From Lama guanicoe (taxonomy: Eukaryota), in the NCBI GenBank assembly GCA_013239625.1, contig MU054323.1:3770161-3834160 (forward strand): a DNA stretch of 64,000 bases, written 5' to 3'. The position numbers and the translations under genes are program-made. The notes below the pieces were generated by a model. That model worked only from the letters and a program-made list of their open reading frames with translations, did not search any database and was not told where the DNA came from. The first letter of the stretch is position 1. Every line of letters starts with the position of its first letter. This document shows positions 51,991 to 64,000 of this stretch, in pieces.

Positions 51991-53511
51991 TATTCTTTGT
52001 TTCAAAGTTTTAACTTGTTATACACATATATAATTTGATTTAAATGGATAAAATGGATATAATACGTGCTAGGATTTTTTTAATGGTCAATTTTTTATTA
52101 TTAATTAATTTTTTATTGAGGTATAATTGACATATATAGAAATTCTATTATTTAATCAAAGGATATAAACATTTTTATGGCTTTTGGAATCATGATAAAT
52201 TTACTTTATCAATTTGTACTGGTATCAAAGTAAGAATGTGTATCAGATTGACTACATTTTTTTGGTCATGAGGCATTATAATTCTTTAAAAACCTCACAA
52301 ATTAAATAGACCAATATTTAATTTCCATTTCTTTAAATATTAGTAGAATTATTTTTCAGTCTTTTGTATGCCACATCTCTAACTCTCCTCACCCCCATGT
52401 GTATCTCTCCTAAATCCATGTTATTAATTCAATATAAAGTTTTCCATATTTTTCAAAGATTACACACCAAGATACCTAAGCACTTAAATACATTTTAATA
52501 AATGAGTTGACAGTGTTTGATAAACAGCATATTATACACACTTCTATACACTCTGCTTTCACACTTAGTAACACATGAAAATCCTGCAAGTCAAATAGTA
52601 TAATTCTAATTCATTATTTTTAATGGTTCTTTAATGTGGATACATCCTAATTCATATGACCATTTCCCTGTAGACACACTCAATTGGCTCCCAGTGTTTT
52701 GGAACAATGCTGTAATAAGTACTCTTAAATCCCTAACTTCTTCTGACATGTATCCATATATATCAGATCTTTTGTTTCTAATGTCCAGATTCCCAAATTT
52801 GGAATAACTGGGTTGAATTTTAATAGGTATTGGCAGATTGCTTTCCAATAAGAGTACAAGAATCACATTTGTTCTAGCAATCTAAGATGGTATCTTTCCC
52901 CCTACAATCCTATCATCAATAAGTGGTATCATTACTTTTAATTCATGTAGTCTTTGGGTATAAAGTATCTTTACTCTTTTACTTTGTATTTCTCTGACTA
53001 CTAGTATATTTGAACATCTTTTCATGTTTGCTGGCCTTCTTGGACTCTCTTTCCTGTGGATTGTCTATTCATACCCTTTGCCCAGCTTCCAAGTCGGTTA
53101 TTTACCTTTTTCTTATTGGTGTGGGAGAACTTCATATACTGCTTGTATTAACCCTTTTCTGGGCCCATATATTTAACATATAGCTTCCTAAATGTTTGTT
53201 TTAATTTTTACTATTCTAGCTTATACACTTAAACTTTTAATTATCTGTATAAGGATCCAAGTTTGTTTTCTTTACAATAGAGAGCTACTTTTGCAAATAC
53301 CATTTAATTTAAAAAAAATCATCTTTTCACCACTGAATTAAAATACAATCTTTTTCATATATTAAATTTTCATACTTAATGGGAATAACTTATTAACCAC
53401 AGGGCTATAATGTCAATGCATACGGCAACTGGGTCCTTGATTAATTTTAATTTATTTGGTAAGGGTAGAAATCAAACCAATAAAATCAAGAGTCAACATT
53501 ACCTAAATCTC

Positions 53512-54421
53512 TCACAGACAAGCAAAAACTAAAAGAGTTTAGCAACACTAAACCCATGCTAAAAGAAATATTGACAGGTCTACTCTAAATAGAAAAGCAG
53601 GATGCTACAAAAATGAGAAACTCATAACTGGAAAGGAGATAACTGCCATGAATTACAAAAAGAATAAACACAAAATTGTAAAAGAAGACATCTAAATCAT
53701 TAAGAGTGGGAGAGGGAAGCAAGGAAAGCCACTGTGGAAAACAGTATGGAGATTCCTCAAAAGACTAGGAATAGACTTACCATAGGACCCAGGAATCCCA
53801 CTCATGGGCATATAACCAGAAGGAACCCTATTTCAAAATGACACCAATGTTCATAACAGCACTATTTACAATAGCCAAGACATGGAAGCAGCCTAGATGT
53901 CCATCAACAGATGACTGGATAAAGAAGATGTGGTATATTTATACAATGGAATACTATACAGCCACAAAACCCGACAACATAACGTTATTTGCAGCAACAT
54001 GGATGTTCCTGGAGAATGTCATTCTAAGTGAAGTGAGCCAGAGAGAGAAAGAAAAATACCATATGAGATCGCTTATATGAGGAATCTAAAACAAACAAAC
54101 AAACAAACAAACAAAACATAAATACAAAACAGAAACAGACTCATAGACATAGAATACAAACTTGTGGTTGCCAAGGGGGCGGGGGGTAGGAAGGGACAGA
54201 CTGGGATTTTAAAATGCAGAACAGAAAAACAAGATTATACTGTATAGCACAGGGAAAAATATACAAGATCTTGTGGTAGCTCATAGCAAAAAAAAATGTG
54301 ACAATGAATATATACATGTTCATGTATGACTGAAAAATTGTGCTCTACACTAGATTTGACATAACATTGTAAAATAACTATTACTCAATAAAAAAGTCAA
54401 ACAAACAAACAAACAAAACAA
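53512..54421 (+). mobile_element. Young L1 with internal deletion: ORF1 C-terminus and spacer fused to ORF2 C-terminus and 3' UTR
   Basis: TDKQKLKEFSNTKPMLKEILTGLL* (stop at 53586-53588), then at ~53728 PLWKTVWRFLK...TPMFITALFTIAKTWKQPRCPS...; aataaa and (AAAC)n tail. Imperfect 17-bp TSD at 53495-53511 and 54422-54438. Confidence 0.88.
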
Positions 54422-54984
54422 AACAGTATCTAAATCTCAAGTATGGCCGCTGAAAGTCTCTGTTGTACTTAAAAATCCCTGTTATTCAAGGGAAAAAGGG
54501 GGAGAAGATGGAGCTTTCTGAATCTGCAACTATATCACAAAATCCCTTTAAAAGTTTTAACGAGCAACTGTAAATTTTTCATTTCATTTTGATTCTTGGT
54601 TTCTTTTTTCTAGAGTTTCAAAATTCCCATTCTGCTTACTCGTGGGATACTACAATTTGCTATTTACCAGGGCCTAAATCTCCTTCTTCATTTCCTTCCC
54701 TACTTCCCTTTTATTAGGGTTTCTAACAAGACATTGCCTGGAACAAAGAAAGAAAATTTATATATGTTCATTTTGCTTCTGCTAATTACAGTGATAACTT
54801 TGCAGAGGAGGTTAAAAACTTGAGTAAGATGATTAGTTTATATACACAAATAATCTAAAGCTATCATCAATTTTGCATGGAAATTACATGGATATTCTAA
54901 GCAGCCCTCTAAATAGTAAAGGATAAAATGCTTTCAGAAAGTAAGAATGAAATGTAATTATAGAATTAAAAAATATAATAAATT

Positions 54985-56230
54985 TTTTAAAACTTGGTGG
55001 ATGCGTTCAATAGTAGAGTTGAACTGACAGACAGGATCAGTGAATTGGAAGATATATCAATAGAATTTACTCAATTGAACAAGATGAAAACAGACTTAAA
55101 AACAAAAATCAGCACGATCTCAGGGACTTGTAGGAAAATAACAAATGACCTAACATTGTAAACCAGTCTCAGGGGAAAAGGAGAAAGAGCATGGGGCTGA
55201 AAAATTATTTTACAAAATGGATTAAAAACTTCTCTAATTTGGCAAAACACACAAAACCTACAGATTCAAGAAGCTGAGTTAATCCCAAATAGGATAAATA
55301 CAAAGAAATACCAAAGAAACACAAAGTATATCATAGCCAAACTTCAGAAAACTAAAAACAAAGAAAAAAAAATCTAAAAAGCAGTCAGAGAAAAATGACA
55401 TATTACCTATAGGGGAACAATAATTCAAATGTCCGCAGACTTCTCATCAGAAACCAGGGAAGCCAGAGAGTAGTGGCACAATTTTTCAAGTGCTGAAGGA
55501 AAGTAACTCTCAACCCCAAATTTCATATCAGAAGAAACTATTCTTACTATCCTTCAAGTATGAAGGGGGAATAAAGATATTCTCAGATGAAGAAAAATAA
55601 AAGGAATTTGTCACTAACAAACCTATCCTTAGCAAGTTCTTCTACAGGAAATTCTCCAAACAGAAAGGAATACATGAATAAGGTTTAACTTCAGAAAAAA
55701 AGAACAACGGAATAGGTAAAAGCAGTTTTAAGTATCATGGATTATGTTTCCCCTCATGAGTTCTTTAATCATATTTGATGGCTGAAGCAAAGTTTAGTGT
55801 GGTGCTCAATGTATATATAGGTAATCTGATAGTTACATTTTAAAAATGGAAAGGCTAAAAGGACCTAAATGTAAGTAAGGTTTCTATACTTCACTTAAGG
55901 TAGTAAAATGTCAATACAAAGGTAGTCTGTGTGATGTTATGCATATATACTGTCATACCTAGGGCAATCATGAAATAAAAAAGTATACTAAAAGATATAC
56001 TCAAAAACACCGTAAGTCAAATAAAATTCTAAAAAGCATTTAAGTAACCTACAAGGAGGCAAGAAAAGAGAAACAGAAGAATGATAACAGAAGCAGCGAA
56101 CAAAAAACAAATAATAAAATGGCTGAATTAAGCCTTAACATATTAATAATCACTTTAAATATATATGGTCTAATTGTACCAGTCAGAAGTCTCTACTGGT
56201 AGAATGGCTTTAAAAAGAAAATGAACCTCA
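54985..56230 (+). mobile_element. Old L1M ORF1, inter-ORF spacer and ORF2 start, decayed
   Basis: ORF1 motifs gatcagtgaattggaagat, cagattcaagaagctgag, gcagacttctcatcagaaacc; ORF2 start region aataatcactttaaatatatatggtctaa. Confidence 0.8.
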
Positions 56231-56499
56231 AACAAGTGGTTGGAGGTGGGGGGGGGGTGCCAAATTCAGAGATTGGTTCAAGAGTCAGTTCTTAACGGTA
56301 CCTGGTGTAACAAATTAGTGGCGTGGGGGAAGTTGACCCTGCTGAGAAACTTGATTCCAAACCAAAAGAGCCCGTAATGATCCCATTAATGGACAAGGTG
56401 GGAAACTGAGATCCACGGAGGGAAGACAGTGATTTGCGCAGGGCTAAAGGCTTGACTGGTACAAGAACTTAGACCTTTGTAGTTCTCCTCCCAGACTTT

Positions 56500-56995
56500 G
56501 GTCCCTGCTAGTCACTTCCTCCCGGCCAGTCGCCCAACGTCCTGGACCCTACTCCCCAGAGGGGCTACCATAAGACTCCGCACAGGCCGGCGGCGGTCAG
56601 CAGTACAATGGTACGTTCCCGCTGGGCCCGCAGCCAAAACCTACGGTCGAAGTGGTCCCGAACCCTCCAGCAGTTTCAGCACTGTTATTCACACCCCTAC
56701 GGGCCGTCTGGCCAAGGGCAGCACGGGCTCTGAGAGAAGCCAGAGAAAGGGCTCCGATTCCCGCGTGCCTGCCCGGCTGTCCTTCCTCTTACAAAGTCCC
56801 CGAGAACGGGAGGTAGTACCTCACCTGTCCGACTAAAAGGCAGCGTGCTGTACCGCGACCGTCTTGGAGACACCGGGACCGGAAGTCCCGCCTTCCTCTG
56901 ACGTCACAGCGCCGCGCCGCGCTCAGCTCCGGAGAACCGGCGCCTTTTAGGACACGCTATGTGGCGGTGGCTGCGAGATTGTTGGCCCTGTGGCC
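56500..56995 (-). promoter_or_regulatory. LDAH: CpG-island promoter of LDAH with ETS/GABP site (accggaagt, 56878-56886), GC-box-like cccgcc and full CRE (tgacgtca, 56899-56906)
   Basis: The only CpG-dense, GC-rich stretch in the window; lies ~10 kb upstream of the first coding exon; motifs read directly. Confidence 0.88.
56825..56890 (-). other. LDAH: Probable non-coding exon 1 (5' UTR) of LDAH; TSS approximate
   Basis: Strong donor GGACAG|gtgagg at 56825/56824 inside the CpG island; no upstream ATG. Splicing to exon 2 gives CAGAAATGG (purine at -3, G at +4). Confidence 0.75.
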
Positions 56996-58677
56996 CAGAA
57001 GCTGTAGCTGTGCTGTAACTTTCTCTTCCCTTACATTTGACTTTCATTCAACTCTTGTTTCAGTCGTCCTTGATATGCTTCCTGCTTCCCTTCCTCCTTT
57101 CTCCATTTCTCCCCCGTTTTTAACTCTGCCCGTGTTTTCCTACCTCCGTTACTGGTTGTATCTCTTTTTTTCCCTTCTCCACAGACACAGGAAAGTTGGT
57201 TCTCAGTTGACCTGTTTATTGACATTGGTATGCCTAGCCTCTGCTACCAGACCCTTTAGCAAAATGCTGAAGATGCTTATTCCAGAGATATTTCGAGCTT
57301 ACCACACCCAAACTCCATGAAGACGAAGGTCATAGTCATCTTCTGAACTGTTGGCATCCTCAGCACCCGGCACTTAATAGGTGAGCGGCTTATATCTGTC
57401 CAAAAATGCAATAGAGAGTACCAGGTAGTTTTATTCAGGGAGAGAAGCAGGCAAGTAGACTCAGACAAGTAGAATCAGTAATCTTACCCACACACAGAAA
57501 AGAAGACTTGATCCTTTTGTATTCAAAGTTTCAGTGATAAAGCACCACCTTCCAAACAGTTGTTTGAAGTTGACTGGTGCTTCATTACCTTCCCTATTTC
57601 CAGTTTACTTCCTAAACATAATAGTTAACCCAGTGAGTTTAGAAAATGCCACTCACTGTGCTGAGAGCGTCTCATGAATCAACTCATTTTTAATCCTCAG
57701 CAACCGCAGTGAAGTCAGTATTAACACGTGACCATAGAGTTTGGAAACATGGACAAATGCACAAAATAAATGAATGATTACAGTAAAAAGACGTAAGATG
57801 TTCATGGTGGTGTCCCTCATTACTAATTCCAATGAGTATGGTTCACTAATGCAGCAATTCTTTGAATTCTTGCATGAGCATTTATGGTGCATTGCTCAAG
57901 TGATTTATGTTTCTGATTTCATTAAATAAGCCTGTGCCAGAAAAATTAACCAAACAGGTTCTATCTTTTTTAAATATCTTTCCAGACCTTTGGCCACTTT
58001 GTTATTATCCCCATTTTGCCCATAGGGTAAAATGAGGCACAGAGAAATTAACTTGCCCAAAGTCATTTGGCAGAGCCAGCCTCTGCTACCTATATACTAT
58101 GTTATGCTTGGGTGAGTTCCCACTACCCCTGCTGTGGTTGAAGCACTTATTCTTTCACATCTAAACTATGTGAAGCAGCCTCCTAATTGTTTTCCATGTC
58201 TTTTCTCTTTCCTTGCTGTTTCCAGAATGCTCATGCTATTCAGTAAAATTTTCATGCTTTTGCACACACTGTTCTCTCTGCCTGCTCTCTCTTCTCCCTC
58301 TCGTCCCCACTACCTCCATCTTCCCCTGACTAGCTCCAACACATGATGTGAGGTTCACTTTTGAATGGCTTTCCTTGATGCTCCCAGGTGTGATTAAGTC
58401 CCTCCTTAATACTCCTCTATTACATTTGCATTCTTCTATTAGGCTCTTTTTTTGTCTTCAGTGATACTGTGAAGTCCTAGAGGACAAGTACCTCTTCCTT
58501 CTTTCATCTTTGTATTACCTAGGGCTAGAATACAGTCTGTTACATGGTAAACATTCTGTAAATTTATGTTTAAACAACCCCACTCAAGTAGCAGAGGGGA
58601 GTACCTTGTGAGATCTATAGAACCCATTTGGCACATGTTCCAGGTAAGTTAAACTTGTATCGTGGAGCTTTCATGTG

Positions 58678-59067
58678 TACAGTTAACCTAACACCATGGG
58701 GGTTAGGGACGTCAACCCTCCACATAGTTGAAAATCTGAGTATAATTTATAGTGAGCCCTTTGTATCCATGGTTCCTCTCTATCTGCAGTTCCACAACTA
58801 TAGGTCCCACCAACCATGAATAGTGTAGTACTGTGGTATTTACTATTGAAAAAATCCACGTGTTAAATCAGAGAAAAAAATGTGACAATGAATGTGTATA
58901 TGTCCATGAATGACTGAAAAATTGTGCTAAACACTGGAATTTGACACAACATTGTAAAATGATTATAAATCAATAAAAAACGTTAAAAAAAAAAGAAAAA
59001 ATCCACGTGTAAGTGGACCTCTGCAGTTCAAGCCCATGTGGGACCTCTGCAGTTCAAGCCCACTGTA
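58678..59067. mobile_element. Tigger2a-like Tc1/mariner MITE, interrupted by an L1 3' end
   Basis: ta|cagttaaccc-like left end, gggggttagggac..., aaaaatccacgtgtaagtggacc..gcagttcaa; ends ctg|ta. Confidence 0.75.
58864..58994 (+). mobile_element. Very short young L1 3' end nested in the Tigger element, 16-bp TSD
   Basis: TSD gaaaaaatccacgtgt at 58848-58863 and 58995-59010; same 3' UTR family as 44909. Confidence 0.9.
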
Positions 59068-59231
59068 TATCTTCTCCACACTACTTTCCAAATCCAGTTT
59101 AGACAAGGATTGTCCTGCAAATTGTGCTTCATACAATCCTCAAAGACTGCTAAAATTCTTGTTCATGTATTCATTTACTTGAAGGTCTAGGGTATTTTGA
59201 AATCAAATCATCTCTTCTAGTGTTATTCTCC

Positions 59232-59400
59232 ATCAGTGCTTCTCAAGTTTTAGTGTGCATAAGAATCACCTGGAGAGTTTATTGGAACAGAGATTCCAAT
59301 TTAGTAATTTTTGAGTGGGGCCTAGAATTTGCATTTCAAACAAATTCAGAGATGCTGCTGCTAACTGCTGCTGCTACTACTACTGCTGGTCCTCAGATGA
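59232..59400. mobile_element. MER5A-type MITE
   Basis: cagtgcttctcaag..gtgcataagaatcacctggagag...gggcctagaatttgcatttc. Confidence 0.7.
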
Positions 59401-61069
59401 TGCTTTTAGTAGCTCTGCCCTGTATGATAGCCATAGAGAAAATGTGCATCTGTTTCACCATAATTCTTCCATCCCCAGGCTACATGACAGAATATGGCTG
59501 TATGGCTCATACAATTTATGTTGCACACTGAAGAGTCATTAGTGCTGTTCAGATAGTTTCGACTTTCTAGGCACTTGGTAGGATTGCACTTTTCTTATGG
59601 TTGGTCCAGATCAACTATGCAGGGATCTTTAAAGCTAACTCCTAGAAACTGCCACAGTAGTTGGGGATACTTTAGTGGAAGTAAGAGAGCAGTTGGGGAC
59701 ACGGCAGAAGGGATGGAGGGCCCACAGTAGCAGTGAGAGTGAGACAGAGAAATGGGTAATTCTTAGATCTTTATGATAGAAAAGAGTATTTCTGGTGGAT
59801 GTTATGACAATGTTAGAAGGACCTGCACTTGTTAATGAAATATGTTCCCATCTTCTTACTATTCCATTATGCAGAAAGTTGAAACTCTTAGTTTAGACAC
59901 TCTTTGCACTAAAATTAGATAGATTGCAGATTATGTAAAACGGAGCAAGAGAAAGAAAAAGAAAAAAAAGAGCAAGGAAATAAAATAATCAAAGATTTAT
60001 TTCTAAGTGTAGGAAACATTAATCTTCAATAGATTTCTAGTGATAGAACTACTAGTCAAAAATATCAGTGAATTTTGAATTGTGGTTTTCAACTGGTTCT
60101 AATAGTTAATTTTCTGATTTGTAAATCTTTAAGTATAGATAACTCTGAATGCTTATAAACACGCCATTGCTTCCTGCAGCCTCCATAACATTGCTCTGGT
60201 GTACCCTAAGATCCACATAAATATCTTTTTTAAAAGATTTTAGGTCAAGAAAATAGATCCACATAATGTTTCATTTTAAACATAGATTAAAAATCAACAT
60301 CTAAAAATGGGCAAAACCACATTTGCCTCCCATATTATAGTTATACTGTTCCTCCTGGCATTTAGTCATGCAGAGACCCAAAGAGATAGATGGTCCTAAA
60401 AGCCAGCACAGCCGTGAGCTGTGAGACTTGGAGAATCTCCTTATAAGACTGTTCACCAAAGCACTGCTTTCATAGAGCACTTGGCTTATAAAAAGAATGA
60501 ACTAAAAAAAAAATCTGACAAACATTAACATTTAGATGTTCAGGCCATCAACAGTAATACTATATATATAGTATATATACATATATATGTATGTATATAT
60601 ATATATATGAGAAACTAAAATAATATTTTTATTTTAAGGCTTTCAAGGTCATTCACCATATGTAATATAACTGCAACTGCAAATGTTTAGTTGTAATCCA
60701 TCGATATAATCCATTAGTTCCCCTCAATGAAACCACACCATAAAGAAGCTTTTAGTGGCAGGGCAGGGTATGGTAAGGATAAGAAAAATATGGGGAATGT
60801 CGTTCAACTACCTCTATAAATTAAAAACAAAGTAGAGATTGGGACTGGCTACAGATGAATATCCCCTTAGAGTATAGAATTTTCCCATTTTATTGGATTC
60901 CTCAGAAACTAATTGCTCTGTTCAACAAGGCTTTTGTGGGCTAATTATACTGCTACAGGACTTTTACAAATCATTCCTTCTAATTTTTTAATGGAGACTT
61001 TATATTCCCCAGTAAAATAAGAATGGAATTTTTCATAAATCATAATGTCTTTCTGTATTATCTGTCTAT

Positions 61070-61627
61070 CCATAGACTGAGTAGTGGCCCTCCAAAGATA
61101 TCCATGTCCTAATCCTTGGAACTTGTGAATATTCTACATTACATGACAAAAAGGGCTTTGCAGATGTGATTAAGACATTCGTATTCTGTGTTAGGGATCT
61201 TGAGAATGGGGAGAGTAGCCTGGATTATCCAGGTAGGCCCAGTGTAATCACAAGGTGTCATATAAGAGGGAAGCAGGAGGACGAGGGTCAGAGAAGATAA
61301 TGTAACAATGGAAGCAAAAGGAGAGTTTAGAAAATGTAATGATGGAAGCAGCATAGTCAGCTCAAACGATGCTTTGCTGCTGATATGAAGATGAGGGAAG
61401 GGGCCACAAACCAAGGAATACAGGCAGCCAATAGCTGGAAAAAGCAAGGAACTGGCTTCTCCCCTAGGCCTTCCAGACAGAACGCAGCTTGCCACCACCT
61501 TGACTTTAGCCTAGTGAAACTGATTTTGAAGTTCTGACCTCCAGAATTGTAAGGTAATAAGTTTGTGTTGTTTTAAGCCATCGAGTTTGTGGTAATTTGT
61601 TGCAGCAGCAATAGAAAATTAATATAC
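61070..61627 (+). mobile_element. MaLR LTR (MLT1C/D-like)
   Basis: gtggccctccaaagatatccatgtcctaatcc...ctttgcagatgtgattaa...ttctgacctccagaattgtaag; ends gcagcaatagaaaattaatata. Confidence 0.85.
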
Positions 61628-64000
61628 CAACTAAGTTAAGGCTTAGAACATTTCTGTTTTGTAAACAAGTGAATAATTTTAGCCAGGTAGAATTCCATCT
61701 TCAGGGTACTAGCTGTTACCAAAATACTGTGACCTCTTACTTCCACTAAATGTGGCAGAAGCCCATTTCCCTTTCATTGCTCCTCTGATCTGCTATTTGT
61801 TGAATTCGTGCTATACCATTTTATATAAGGGACTTGAGCAATTGCATAACTGCATATTTTGGCCATTGGTAGTGCTAGGATCTTGGAACCAATCCCCCAT
61901 GGATACCAAGAAAGGACCATTCCTGTTTCATGTGACAAGTATTTAGTTTTAAGAGAGAAAGCTAACTGACTAATTTATGTTTTCCTTTAATGTTTGGATT
62001 TCTTTGATCTTAGCCATGTGTATTAGTTTTTAACATTTGAAGTTTAAAAATGCATTATGTTGTGACCTTAAAAACTGCAAAGGAATCCTATTCTCAGCCC
62101 AAACCAACCAGGCTAACATATTTGTTTCACATTCTCATTAGCAGCCTTAATGAGGCCCAGGCCTATGATTGAGCTGTCTCTGAATTACTCAACAGAGATA
62201 TTCTCCACAGTGCTGAGTACCACACAACAGAGGAACTAAACTGTCATTTATTCTCTTGCTCTGTTACCATGATTTCTCTGTTCAACTTTTGCTTTGTTGG
62301 ATTTAGATCCCTTTAAAGGGGTGTCATGCTTGCCTGTCTTTTCATAATCTAGTTCCTGAAAATCAAAAGGTAGTGACATCTTTAGGGTTCATTTTCATTT
62401 ATGATTTTCTTTAGAATTCCTTACTGAAATTGATGGAGTTAAACAAAAATTTAAAAGATATGTTGAATTTCCAATATTATTAAGGCATCTTAACTTTTAG
62501 TTTTAGCATCATCCATTTTTGTAACATTTCAGAAAGGTTAGGAAATCACATTCATTTTCCTTTTCTCTCTCTCTTTTTTTTGGGGGGAGGGGTGAAGGGA
62601 ATTTTTTCCCCAGATGGTCAAATTGAGATATCAAGCCCAAACAGTATCTGTGGGAACTGAGTAGATGCATGAACTTTTGGCTGCCCACATCTGGCCTTCT
62701 CCCTATGCTTGGGGAAACATTCTATGTAATAAATCTTGTAACATCCTAAGCATTGTGCTGTGCTTGGTTCAAGATAACTCCTTCTAGCTGAGGAAATGAG
62801 ATTATCCCACATAAAACTGTCCTAATTTGGTAGACAAGCTCATCATCAGGTGCTATATTGAATAGCATGCTCTTAAGAGTTAGAAGATGGGGGATTCACT
62901 AAACTATAAATTGGCTAAGAAAAGCTTTTGACTGAAGGGAATTTTTGAGTCCTGCTTTGAAAGATAGTTACTATCTGCATAAAGGAGAAAGAAAATGGCA
63001 TTCTAGATGAGATTAATTTAACAAACTATATTAAATTGTCTACATAGCATGATCCAGTGGAGAAAAGTTAACTGTCATCTCAACTTTGCACAATCAAGAC
63101 TAAAAATATTTTACTGCAAGTATTCTCACTAAGGTTTTGCACAATTTCTGCTAAAGAATTGCCCTGTGCTCCTTCATGTCCATTTCAACACCCTTTCCAA
63201 AGCTCTGTGGCCTTACATATCTCATGCCCTCTGCCTGGAATGCCATTTTCTTCCCTGGTAGCCTGACCACATTAGCCCAGGAAATTCCTACACAGCTTTC
63301 AACACTCAAACATCACTGTCGTAACTTTCCTATGCAGAATTAGGCTCTTTGGTTTTCAAGATACCTTGAACATAGCTATAGTCTTGTACTTATTCCATCA
63401 CATGACTATTTTTGTTTGTTTTGCTGGAAGATTTAAAAGCAAATTCCAGACATTGTATCATTTTAACCTTAAATACTTCAGTATAAATCTCTAACAGATT
63501 AGGACTTTCAAAGAAAGAGCAACAATATTATCACACCACATAAAATTAGCAATAATGAATATTCTTAATGTCCAGCTCATGTTCAATTTCTCTAAAATGG
63601 ATTTAGCTGACTGGTTACAATCTGGGGCTTCTGAGACAACAATAAGTGTGTATATTTTACCATTGGAGTACATTAATGTTGTCATTTAATCTCACTGCAG
63701 AGCCTCTGATGGCCTGTTTTATACAGCATAGCAAGGACAAAATTTTAAATGGAAAATAAAATGTAGATAAGATAAAATTTTAGCTTTGAGCATGAATTAT
63801 TGCATGGCCTTGGATTTATTAAATAATGTACTCTTAAGCAAGTTTATAGCCTTCTGGGGGCAAAATCCATTTTGTCCACCAGTGGACCTAGGACACCCAA
63901 AGAGCAGTTATTGGTGGAATAGTCTCCTGAGGGTAGGAGCAAGACTCTCCTACTGGGTCTCTCTCTTGACCGATGTAGACCATAGGCTAACAGTCAAACC

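Noticed and set aside
56498..57320. Plus-strand ORFs over and beyond the CpG island
   Set aside because: Expected stop-poor ORFs in GC-rich or pyrimidine-rich DNA, with non-ATG starts and no homology.

Overview
Mammalian genomic DNA, AT-rich and repeat-dense, most likely from a camelid (three tRNA-Ala-derived vic-1-type SINEs and one young L1 3'-end family). The window holds the 5' two-thirds of LDAH (lipid droplet-associated hydrolase, C2orf43) on the minus strand. It has a CpG-island promoter with ETS and CRE motifs (~56.5-57.0 kb), a probable non-coding exon 1, and four coding exons (154, 144, 170 and 235 coding nt, all GT-AG) that splice into one open frame of 234 codons including the GHSIG nucleophile elbow. 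The remaining exons lie left of position 1. The main hidden feature is a full-length, heavily decayed, intronless NUP88 retrocopy (~5260-7460, minus) inserted into an old L1 in LDAH intron 4. It carries a ~78-bp antisense-L1 segment at what appears to be a parental exon junction, possibly a fossil exonised cassette exon. Other notable items: an identical 596-bp tandem duplication, a TSD-bounded L1 fusing the ORF1 end directly to the ORF2 end, a ~200-bp foreign filler inside an L1, a MER121-like ancient element, and a Pro-to-Thr change in the LDAH PGNPG motif. I see no evidence for a wholly new multi-gene system. Protein comparisons and repeat family names are from memory, not database searches, and repeat boundaries without TSDs are approximate.
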